Source: Auanema rhodensis (taxonomy: Eukaryota; Animalia; Nematoda). Taken from it: a stretch of 64,000 nt of DNA. Of this stretch, positions 15,199 to 27,070 are shown in pieces. Positions within the stretch are counted from its first letter, which is position 1. The number at the start of each line of letters is the position of its first letter. The notes under the pieces were generated by a model. The model was not told the origin of the DNA. It saw nothing but the letters and a program-made list of their open reading frames with translations, and ran no database searches. The translations under genes and the position numbers were made by a program. Location of the stretch: NCBI GenBank assembly GCA_964057225.1, contig OZ059896.1:8990001-9054000 (forward strand), written 5' to 3'.

Positions 15199-17886
15199 TT
15201 AACGTAAGCGAGATCTTTTTTGATTAGGTGCACCAGATGGAGGATCAAGAATATCTGAACGAACACGCTGCCTCTCCGGATTTGTCATACTGTGAGATAC
15301 AGTCACTTTACTTATTTCTTGTTCGAGATCAAGTATAAATCGTCTACTTGGACGTTCCTGAATTTAAAAATATTAAAATAAATAGTTAGTTATTACATAC
15401 AGTATGGCTCATTAGGAAGAGCAATTCTTTCCGAACCAATTCACGCTGAAGTTGATAATCGTTCGCATCAGTCTGGTAGAAACATACATTTTTGTTATTT
15501 TCATTGAAAATCTTACTACAAGAAAGCCTCCAGCTGCTACGACAGCATGTACAGCAACTCGAAGAACTCTTAAATTAATTCCACTGGAGTACACAAGGTA
15601 CCGAAGAAGAATATTGAGGTATTCTTCTGCTTTCTCAGACCTAATCTTATCCTAAAAATTTAACATCTTCTCATGTATATATAGCAAACATCTACCCCTC
15701 TTCGACTTTCCAACAGTTTTAACCACTCGGTGGTATGACTCCACATACCTGCTCCTATCATATTGAATAGTAATTCGGGAACATCACAGAGAAAAGGAAA
15801 GTTTATGAAATCGTTCGATTTCAAAACTAATGAAATTAATTGTTGAACGCATAAACTAAATGTAAATGGTAACTATGACATATAGAATAACACCTCACGG
15901 GCTGGACATTCTGGATGATTTCACTAAGGATAAAAAAGGTCTTCGGCGACAATCTGCATTGAAATATGTGTATATTCGCTGCATCCAATGTTCATTGCTC
16001 ATTATATACTTTACACAATTCTAAAAGAAAAAATAGTTTTGACCAATTCTGAGAAAATAGAATACCTCGGCACCATTAGCACATGCTTTATCAAAAATAG
16101 AACAAATATCTCCCTTGAAGCCAGAGTCAAGTATAGCTTCAATCTTCAAAATGCAAAAATCATATAATCAAATGTTTAAAAAACGCACATATTGTGGATA
16201 ATCATAGTCAAACGTGGCTTGACAGAATGATCTAACCATTCTGTCAATTTTTTTGTTAGCGTGCTTCATTGCAATCATAAGTGCATCGAAACGTCCTACA
16301 ATATTTATAATAATATCATGAAAGTGAAGTTCCACCACACACCACTTTCACTATATCGCGCAATACTTGTTGAACCAATCTCTATTAAATCCGTCCAAGG
16401 CAACTTTAAATCGTTGAACTTGGTGTGGACACTATTTATTATAGCTTCTTCTATTAAATCTGTGATATCGTGGTTGATATAAAACAAAAATATTTAAATA
16501 GTATTACCTGTTACACATTTAATTCTTGACATTTGCATCAAAAAATTGGGAGCATTTTGCTCATATTTTATAAGTAAATCAACTAATCGTTTGAACGTTT
16601 CCGGCGATCCTTAATCATTTTATAATATAATGAAACACAAAAAATGAGTAAACCTTGTACTAATGTATAACCTAAAGGACAAACTTGAGCATAAATATTG
16701 GAAGGGTAGAACCAAGCTTGAACCATAGCCTTAAAAATAATTATCAAAAAATTAACAAGTTGTCTTATAACCCTAAGATGTTTATCACGTCGAGCACCTT
16801 CCAAAAGACGTTCCACTATCTGAATAAAAAACCATCGAGTTATCATTCAAGCACTCAAAATAAATGAAAACCTCCATATAGTTTCTACCATTTCGACATG
16901 AAACTCTTCCACAATTTTCAAGTCCATCACATTCTAACTGATGTATATGGGAAGAAATAGCCAAATGCAAAGCGCAATCGTTACCACTTAGAAAACTTTT
17001 GTAACAAATACATTTTGTCTAAAAAAAATTTTTAAAATAGAAGCAGCTTGATTAATCTGTACCTTGTCAGGAAGAGGAAGACCACTTTGGGAACAATTAG
17101 ATATATGCCTGAAAAACTCTTCTACATCTCCATTATATACTGCAGCAACAATTGGATTCTTTGTATTATGAATAATACTTTGATCGAACACTGCTTGAGT
17201 TTTCTGATCATCAGGTAAATACTTATAGCACGACTCTCTCTTAAAACGTCTTGTCAAAATGTTTTATAAGTGTAGAAGAAAAGTTAATCTTAAAATTATT
17301 TTGAAAATAACCTTGTTGTGCGTTTCAGATCGACTTCTCCTTTCCATCTGATACTCTGCGTTTGCAATTTTCATCGCACTATGAATCAAAGTATTTGGTT
17401 CAATTGGGATCGTTTCATTTTTCTCTATAAAAAATTAAATAGCCTAACTACTGAACCAAACTAAGAACTTAACAAGCTTTCCCTCTTCTCAAGCATAACG
17501 TGTTGAAATTCATCATCGCTTATGTCGGACAAGGTCATTGTTTTCATAACATAAGATATTAAGTCTAAGTCTTTTTCCCTACTATCTCCTCTGTCATCGT
17601 TCTACAACAGTTTATCAATCAAGAACAATGTACAACATACTTCATGTACTGAATGGGATGGTCCTGGTAGAGTCTGTTCTTCTTCCTCAATGTCGCTAAA
17701 CTCTTCCACTTTGATTGCTTTTTGATATTCTTCACGTCTTCTGTAGAATATTTCAAAAATAATTATTTACATCTGTTCTATATCATACATATCCTCATCC
17801 CTTATTTGTTTATATCTCTCGTAAGTTTGAGCTAGAACATAATCCATATATTTCGGGACCGTAATGTCCACATTACATTCAGTCAT
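15199..17886 (-). CDS. Uncharacterised multi-exon protein, probably nuclear
   Basis: ATG at 17886 (MTECNVDITVPKYMDYVLAQTYERYKQIRDEDIRREEY...) lies just downstream of a TCAG acceptor. The exons I traced join in frame across short GT-AG introns (e.g. RESCYKYLPDDQKTQ..., AMVQAWFYPSNIYAQVCPL, DKIRSEKAEEYLNILLRYLVYSSG). The protein ends ...DPPSGAPNQKRSRLR-TAA (15199-15201). No domain was recognised. Confidence 0.8.
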
Positions 17887-18659
17887 TTTAACCTGAGGTA
17901 TATTTATAACTTAAATTATAAAGAAATAGTCCAAATTCAAAGAACGATACAACATTGTTAGTTGTGCAATGTGTTAGCAAACGAATCTTCAAATTGTATC
18001 AATATTCTAATTTACGCTTTCTTCGAATTCAAATTGGCAACAGTAGTGGGTGGATATTAATATTAAAATATCACGACATGCACTATTAGATGAAAACATG
18101 AACAGACTTTCAAAAAATAAAACGAATTTACGTACAGCTTGACGCTTCACACTACCAATTATCGTTGTTAAGATTTAAACCTTATTATTTCAGTATTTGC
18201 ATAATACTTGTAAACATAATGTAATATCTATATTATTCTCTCGTTTTACAGTAAAATCTTTGAGATAACAATGGTAGAAAGCTATTACATAGTTGAGTGA
18301 ATAAGAATCTACTATTCGTGAATTTAAAGACCTGAATCAATGAAGAATATAAGTGAATGAAAGTATTAGGAAATAAATAGCTTAGTAAGCATGAAAATGT
18401 TTGTATATACAATAAACGCTAGGATAAACATGCAGAACAATAAAAGCATATACAATTGTACTAATTACCGGTTGTAAAGTCAAAATAGGATTAAAACTTA
18501 ACATATATCATATGAAAACGATAATATATCAGAATATAAAATGCTATTAAAATTTTGTTATACAATAAAGCAATAATATAAAAGATGTCATGCATAAACC
18601 GTTATGATTGGTAATCTTGACTATACATGATTTTAAGACATGGTGTTATTGTTATATTT

Positions 18660-21600
18660 TCAGACCCAGCTATCATCAACTGTAGTTGCAACATTTCCTT
18701 TTCTAACCGAAGCGTAAAGAGGCTCACTTCTTTGACCAGATCTTTCCAAATGGTTTTGATAATGATCATGACGCTGGGGCGGTAAAGAGCGTCCCTATAA
18801 GCCATAAATTAATTACATAAAAACAATAAAAGTATACCTGGCTTGTTTCATTAACAGCTCCGTAACCTCCACTACTAGTTGTATCATCTAACAGAGCAGG
18901 CCTTTCTTTTCCTTGACTTGAGATGGGACGGGCTAGAGTTGCTGAGTCACCTCTGAAACGAAAGAGTGTCATAATTATTTAAATTTCATTAACCAACCTT
19001 CGCGCAGGTCCAGCATAAAAATCAGCTTCCTTCAAACCACTTCTCTTGAAGCCGTCATGAAGCTCCTTATGCTGCCACATAATGTAGAGTACTTGGCTTG
19101 CATATCGGCAAATTCGTTGAGAATAAGTAGGATAGTTTCTAGCAAGATGTCGTAGTTTTAAAGTTCCTAGATACTGTTTATTAGCGAAATACTAAACCAA
19201 GTCGAATACCTTTGAGTTCGTGTAAATTCTTGGTATATTCAGCACTATCTTTCACAATTTCAAACAAAATTCCGAGAATAGCACCTATCGTTTGATCGCT
19301 TATTTGAGGCCTGGGCTTTCCAGGCTCCGGAAGCTTGTTTACAAGATCTCTAAGTGCATATTTTCCTGAAACATAAAATAATTTCAACAATTCTGAACAA
19401 TTTTCCAAACCTATTAATTCTCGGTTACGAGAGTCCAGAGCTAGATTACGCATAGCTGTAGCAACTGCGCATACAACATAATCTTCTTTCAGGCGAATAA
19501 GTTCAACTAGGACGGGTAATCCTTTTTCAACGCGAACAGTACTTCGAACATTCACACTGGGGGGGAACTGGCAAGCGGCTAAATTCTGAAGCGCTCCAGC
19601 AGATGCCTAAATAAATAAGATAAAATTGTTTTTCTTTTAAATTTCACCTCAAGAGTATCCCATGTAGAAGCTTCTTGCAGAATTTTCAAATATAACCTAA
19701 TAACGTGGGGATCCCATATAAGAGCAGGTCCCTGAAATGAAAAATTGAATAAATTCAAACAAATAAAATGAAAAAAACAAATTTTCAACTTCATTTTATA
19801 AAATATTACGTGTTTTTATTTACGTGAAATATACACGTTCACGTGTGCATATAAAAGACCGAAAAATAAAAAAATAGGTTCATTCGTAATTATGTCGATT
19901 CCGAAGAACCCACCGGCGAAAGAAGACACATGGGCATTTCAACCTATTGGTTCCCCATTTCCACCTAACCCTGTGAAGGTGCGTTAATATTTCAAAAATA
20001 AAATACATCTTCTTATACAGTGTCTCGGCCAACAAAACATGTATGTTGCTTTGTGGTACAAGCATGGTAAGCCAATTCATGGACGAGCATGGAACAATGG
20101 TGGAGTTGTTGAGTGTTCTTTTCCTTACAATAATAAGGAGTTGAAAACTAAAGAACAACTTGAAGGACAGATTCAGGTAAATAATAAATTGTGAAAGACA
20201 AGAATATACTTTGAATATTATAGATCTTGCAATACGAAGGTGATCACAACACTCAAGGATTTTGGTATGAGTGGGTATTATACAAAAACCGATTCGAAAA
20301 GGAAGGAAGAGCAGTTGTACGATGCGGAGATTCCATACCTATTTTATGGAAAGATAGACCAGAAGTAAAAACATTTTTAAAGTAATTCAAATATTTCTGA
20401 TTATGATAGGGTGCTGTTCTTGGATATGTTGACAACAAAACGGAAATTGCTCGGTTCTCAGTAAATGGAAGCATTCTTCAAAAAATGGGAGGAGAATTGA
20501 ATGATATGTTCATCATTATGAGAAATTTCGTTGGAGGTCCATTGTTCTGCGAGTGCGCAAAATGTCCTAAGCCTGAAGCTAAGCCAGGTCCACCACCACC
20601 AAGGTAAGAATAACTATACAATTGTACTATTCGTTAAACGAACTTATTTCAGAACTATGCTTGATGAATGGATGGATATTCGTGTTGGAGACCCATGGCC
20701 AACTAAACCACTCGTCAAAGCTCTTGATAAAAAGATTGATACAGTGCCCGGGGAAAATGGAGATCAACATGTTGCTCTTTGGTATATGGCTGGAGAACCA
20801 GTAATGGGAAGAGTGTGGAACGAAAATGGAAAAGTTGCTGCTTGCTTTGGCTGGTTTAACAAAGAATACCGTCAAAATATCGGTTCAATCCAAGTTCTCG
20901 TACAACTCTCAGACATTGTCAGAGGATATGACTATGGATGGATTCCATTTAAAGAAGTATGCTCTATTCACATATATTATTTGTAACTTGATTGCTTTAA
21001 GGCTGCCAAATTCGCCGATAAGGTCTGGATTCCAGTTCATGTTAACCACAGCAAAGGAGATATATCTCCTGGAGTTATTAATATGAATGGAAAACAAATT
21101 CTTGGAAAATGCGATGTTAGAAACGAGAAAGCTTCTGTTGGAATTGGTGGAGCTGAACAATGCCTTGTAGGCACACAAGTATCACAAAATGTCGTAGTAT
21201 TATGTAGAAAACCAAAGCCAGGATACAAATTCGATTAAAGATAAAATAAACTTACTGATACTGGCTCATGCGTTATAACTTTCTTCTTTTTGTCCTTCTT
21301 CTTGGGCTTCGGACTATTTGGTGCGGATTTGCTGCCTTTTTGCACATGATAATGGGCGGAGGCCGGATCATAATTAGGGTCTTCTACTTCTTGTATTCTA
21401 TAATACTTTTTTATAAAAAAAAATTAACTGAATATAAATAACCTGTAGCTCAAATTTCTCATTATGCAAACCACGTTTTCAACGGCAGGAGAATCAGCTT
21501 GTCCTCTTTCAATAGCAATTGTTAGAAAATGAACAAGACCTTCAATAAGATTTGGAGCACTTCTCAATTGCTTTCTTGCATCCGAACTAGCAGCAGAAAT

Positions 21601-24600
21601 ATTTCTAAAAATTTTATTTTTACTTAAAATCTCAAAGAAACTATATAAATACCTTAGTACACCCGTAGCATTTTTGAAGAGAGAACTTCCATAATGTTTT
21701 AAAGGATCTCCACTTGGTCCATTAACAAGTCCATTCGGCTGGAAACCTGCTCCCGGAACAATCACCTGAACTCAATCTATATTCTATATTATTATTAATA
21801 TAATACTTGTTGAACAAGAACATCAGTCGCTGCTTCTAAAATGGCAGGCTTTAACATGTCTGACGATGATAAATTCCATAGTGCAGCTGTGCATTCCTCT
21901 TTGACTGAAGCATCATGGGTAGTTTGTAATAATGCTGCGAGTAGACGAACTCCATCAGCATCAAGAACGGCTAACTGAAAAAAATTGTTTATTACAAAAT
22001 TATATATAAAACCAGTTTTACCTTGTTTTTATCATTTTCTTTTCCAAAACAAAGATTTTTAATACATGCACATGCATTCTTCTGAACAGCGGTCATTTCA
22101 TGTTTCAACAAATTTATTAATTTAGGAATGCCACCAAATTCTCTGAAACAAAGTTTATGTTTATGCTGGCGTTAAAAGAATCTACCTAGTATCATCTTTA
22201 ACTAAATTATCAGAATAAGTCAAGTGCTGAAGATAGCCACTAGCATTAAGTTGTTTATGACTATCAGGACTGTCCAAATAGTCTATAACTTCTTTTAAGG
22301 AAGGATCGCGCCATTGCACTGAAATCAGAGAAACAATTAGCTCTACTATACATATACAAAAACATACAACTTCCACCATTATGGGGGTGTCGATTAAGAG
22401 GTGGTGGTGAATCATCTCTTTCCGGAAGAGGTGGAGATTCTCTTATCATCTCTTCTTGTAACAACCTGACCGCACCAAATCTCTCTGCTTCCACAAATTT
22501 AGCATCACCTTCAGAATAATTATATATATATTAATAGCATAATAATAAAAAACAAACCTGGTGACGGTTTAATAGTTATAGGGTTCGATGGTTCTGAAGG
22601 ATCAGAACATCCAACAACATTGTATGCAATAACTCGGAATTGATAATCATGGCCAACAATTAAATCGCCAACTAAAAATTAATAAATAAAAAAGAAGAAC
22701 AAACAAAAACTACCTGTCATCTTGCATGCATGAACGGGCTGGTCATTCACTTTATACCAACCAACATCTTGTTGAAAATCTCGAAATTCTACATCATATC
22801 CCTAAAGTTTAAATATACATATATACGTATTGATCTGAATCGTCGACAAACCAGAACTGGAAGACTACTATGCGCAGGAAGCCAACAAATTGTAATGCGG
22901 TCACCATCGATCTCGTAATATTCTGGAGCTTGTGGACGATCAGGAATTCCCTTCACACCAGATGCTGAAAAAACACGTTTTTCTAACTCAAAATGGATAA
23001 GCATACATTTCCACAATGGTCGGAGAGCAATCACATCTGATACTTCCGAGGGTTCAGAAACAGAATTACCACTGACACTGATCACCCGAAATTCGTAAGT
23101 TGAACCAGGTCGCAGACCTTCAACTAAAAAAACAACATATATGAGAATATAATAAGTAAATTCATTTGAATAACCTTGAATACAGTTCTGTGTAATAGGT
23201 TGTGAATTGGCGGTATACCAACTTGGATCTCCAACTTCGCGGAACTCTACGATGTAACTAGCATCAGCTGTTGATTCTGCCCACTCTAATTTAACCCAAT
23301 CCATATCAGCTTGATCTAACTTAAATATAAAACATATAGATTCTACTTATATTAAAATCTCACCTGAGGTTGGCCTGGAGGCCTCAAATCCGAAGCTGCT
23401 GAACGCGCTGAATTACGCCTTTGAGGAGCTGCGGGTTTTATATGAGTTGCTCCGGAAGATCTGAAGACCACAACTGATTATCATTAACTAAACCAAACAA
23501 CTTACTTGCTAGGAGTGCTGAGACCATCGGCGCTTTTTCCTCTGATACGAAATTCATAAACTCCATTTGGTCTCAAATTTTCAACTAAAAAAAATAATAC
23601 AGTATTATAAAGCATATTCGTAATTACAAGTGAATACGGTTTCTTTAGTAAGAACATCATTTGCGATCATCCAATCAGCAGTGCCAAATGCTCGGTACTC
23701 CACCTATACGATTGTTATTATTGAATAACTAATAATAAATAGCTTACCTGATATCCGGCAATAGGTGATGAGTCAGAGGTAGTAACCGGAGCAGCCCACT
23801 GGATAGTCGCTCGGTGGCCGTCCACAGATATCACACTAGGTTTCCCGGGGGGAGGTGGAACACCAGAAAAAAAAAAGTTTAAATTTAATTTGTTGTGAAA
23901 CCTACTTCCAACTGGCACATGTCCGTATTCCATCGGAACTTTGACAGGTAGAGATGCGGCTGATGGAGGTCCGAATCCGTCTCGGCTAGCAGCTGATACT
24001 CGAAATTGAATTTCTCCACGAGTCTCCAGATTTGTTACTTAAAAAAGATAATATAATTCAATTAATCAATGACAATTAAAGATGGAACTTCGAAAATTGG
24101 TAAGAGAATCAAGTATTGATTACTGATGTTTGTGTGGGCGTATGTGGCGCGCAACGAATCTCGATATGTCTCATCAAATCAAAACATATTTTTGTTTTGT
24201 ATTAATTAGTCTAAAGCAGTCCCCTCAAAAGTATAAACTCTATATACTTGTTTTAGCTCAAAAGGGCTTCTAAGCTTCATTGAACAAGGACAAATTTATG
24301 GTTAAAGATAGCTGAAGATAGCCTCCCAGTGGACCAAGTAGAAAGTGAGCAGAGATATGAGGCAGACAAATAGGGAACCATATTCAGAACGAAAAGACAT
24401 TTATCACAGCTACTATTTAGTCACCAAGGGGTTTTAATGTTGGAATGTACTCAAACAGAAAGAACTATGTGAAGATATGCATTATATACATAGTTATATA
24501 TATATATATAAATACGAGTTGAAACTAAAGCAGAATAGCAAAATTGAAATGAGTGCAATTGCGATGAACAGGATAAGATTTCCAACGGAAAAAAAACTGA

Positions 24601-27070
24601 AATGAATTTCTTCTTTCCAGAGGTATCTATGGGCGGGTATAACTGGTCGGAATAGTATTCCGGGATTAGAATAGAGGAGAAAGAGAAAAGCTTTGAATCG
24701 CACGAATAGTTGTGGAATATATTTAACAAGTCTAAACGACATTCTGGATTAGTGACAAGGATGATGGAAGAAACGAGAAGGGAATGCACTTGCGAATACA
24801 CATGCGGTGATACAAGACCCCACAAGGTCAACAGCGAAATTAGCGACAAGACGATGTCGCTCCCTCCAGGGGAAGCGATTATAATCTACGGGGAAGAATC
24901 GACAACTTGTACTGGATACAATACACATATATAGACTACGAAAACAAATATTCTAAAAGTATGAAGTGAAACTGATTTTGTGGTTAATTTCATTTCCGTG
25001 AAACTTGAAGGGTACAATTTTAAAAAACTTGACGTAAAATACTTATTGTATTAAAGATAACTATAAACCTATAAACGTAACACTATCTTACAGAGCATTA
25101 TTCGGTCATTTACATAATCTCTCAATAAGAGCATTCATAAAACCTATATGATAAGGAAATGGAGGAAAGGAAAGACTAACCTGTACAAGTAGTTTCATTC
25201 AACAACTGATCGTGGGCGCGTTCCCATTCACCATTCGGTAAATACCGCATCTCAATCTGATAAGAAGAGACATATAGTCCGTTTTATCACTTAAGACTTA
25301 CTTGATATCCAATAACCTGTGCACATGAATTCGAGAGTGGTGAGCTCCAAGAAATTGCAACTTCCCCTAATCCCATTCCTATTATACTTGGAGCGCCTGG
25401 CGCACTTGGAACTTGGGGATCTATAATATATTGCATAAAGCTTCATTTTTATAAATCTCGTACCATCGTGAATATTTCCATATCTACTTCCCGCTGGTGG
25501 GGCAGGTGGAGGAGCTCCACGATCTTCCAAGGTATTTCGTAACCTTGAAAAAGTTGTTTTCAATGATCAACAAGTAAAAAATTTACCTAATGCCTAATTC
25601 TTCGACTGTATTGTCTATTTCGACAACAGGAGATGGTGTTGGAAGACCAGAGCTGTCAAAATACAAATCGCCGTAAGGGGAACCCACTGGAATCTGACGA
25701 ACACTGCGGGTTGTAGTGACCTTTGTCACTTTTGTAACCTGAACAAGATAAATTATAACCGGTTATTTTGAATTATTGACTTGTAATTTGTAAGAAGTAG
25801 TAGATCAAGCTTAATTATGGTTAAAATGAGAAATAAAATGAAACTTGCCTTATGTGTTTGATGAATACCAGATCCATCACCTGATTGTTCATCTTCTTCA
25901 GGAGGGTTATCATAATGAGATTCATAAGTATAAGAATAGGTGGTGCCTCTTGCGCTATGAGGTCCGGCTAACGATTCAGTCATGTATGAAGAAGCCATGC
26001 TAAATTTGAGGCATTATAAAAAGATAAATCTATTTCTAATATATATACATTGATAATATGAATATACAATTCAATTTAGAGAATATATTTGTTGTATATG
26101 TATGTATGTACGTATGTGTGTGGGATGAATAGAAAATGAATCACGTTGCCTCTGATTCATCCGTCTTCACATTCGTATACATAAAGAAATGCTGTGGTGG
26201 TAGAAAACGAAGAAGAATTGATTTCAAGTATATACAGTAACATTAATTTTTTTAACATAAAATAAACATAACAACATACTCTGGATCAACGACTTCGTTC
26301 TCTACAATCCAATCGGCCGGAACTGTATCCTTTGGGACAGTACTAAAATATAAGATAATAACTTAATATAATTAAAATAGAGCAAATATTGTTAAGCACA
26401 CGCACTACACGTAAAGAATCTAAATTAGGTACAGAATCATGCACTAAAGTTATTTGCTCCAGCGTATAAAAACGCCAAAATATAACCAAAAAGTATGCCA
26501 ATATGCTGTGAATACAATCTCTTCGGATGGTTTTCACGATAAGACTCAGCAAACTGATAATGCATAATATCTAATGGGCTGAACAGTAAATACGCATTGT
26601 TTAGATTTCAAACTGTCAATTGAATTCTTTACTAAAATTCAATTGATGGTTGTCGGTCGAATAAAATCAGGATTAATCACGCCGTATTATAGAAGCAAAT
26701 AGTAATGATGACAAACTTCAGTTAGAATATGTAGACATTATAAAATATTTGATAAAAAAAGATAACCTGTATAATCAGCACACCATGCAAATCGTAGAAA
26801 ATTGATATGAACAAAAAAATCACAACATATAAATGCAAATATTTAAAAAATTTAAATAATTTAACAGAAAAGTGCTAAATGCTAAGCACAAACACAGCAC
26901 AACGAAAACCAAACCACAACCGGATGGTACCTTATTAGAGTGTCGACCTGTTCCGAAGTGAAAACTTCTCTTTTTCGAACAGTTTTACGATTGTTAGAGC
27001 TAGGTACAACCCATTCCTCGCCTTCTTCGGGAATAGGTTCCATCGGCTCTTGTAGCCAGCTGGTCATCAT
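18660..27070 (-). CDS. jac-1: p120/delta-catenin with N-terminal fibronectin type III repeats (JAC-1), multi-exon
   Basis: Four FN3 modules (~22560-25410; e.g. [38 protein letters not shown]) precede armadillo repeats ([57 protein letters not shown]). The C-terminus is [24 protein letters not shown] (stop 18660-18662). Exons at ~26931-27070 and ~26280-26343 splice in frame to the exon carrying ATG 25998, so the 5' end is less certain than the rest. Confidence 0.93.
19806..19857 (+). promoter_or_regulatory. Compact promoter of the nested MFP2 gene: ACGT-core cluster plus TATA box
   Basis: TTACGTG, TTACGTGAA and CACGTTCACGTG are followed by TATAAAAG at 19850-19857, 42 nt upstream of the ATG. 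Confidence 0.6.
19892..21238 (+). CDS. MFP2: MSP fiber protein 2 (MFP2 / NSPH-family) sperm cytoskeletal protein, nested antisense in a jac-1 intron
   Basis: Six exons: 19892-19978, 20021-20176, 20224-20364, 20410-20603, 20653-20956, 21002-21238. They total 1119 nt (372 aa) and all introns are GT-AG. The translation [59 protein letters not shown]...[11 protein letters not shown]...[13 protein letters not shown]...[31 protein letters not shown]...[12 protein letters not shown] matches the two-domain MFP2 pattern recalled from Ascaris. Confidence 0.93.
21245..21250 (+). terminator. AATAAA polyadenylation signal of the MFP2 gene
   Basis: AATAAA 6 nt after the TAA stop. Confidence 0.6.

Noticed and set aside
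24402-24425. TATCACAG miR-2-family seed match
   Set aside because: No complementary star arm nearby.
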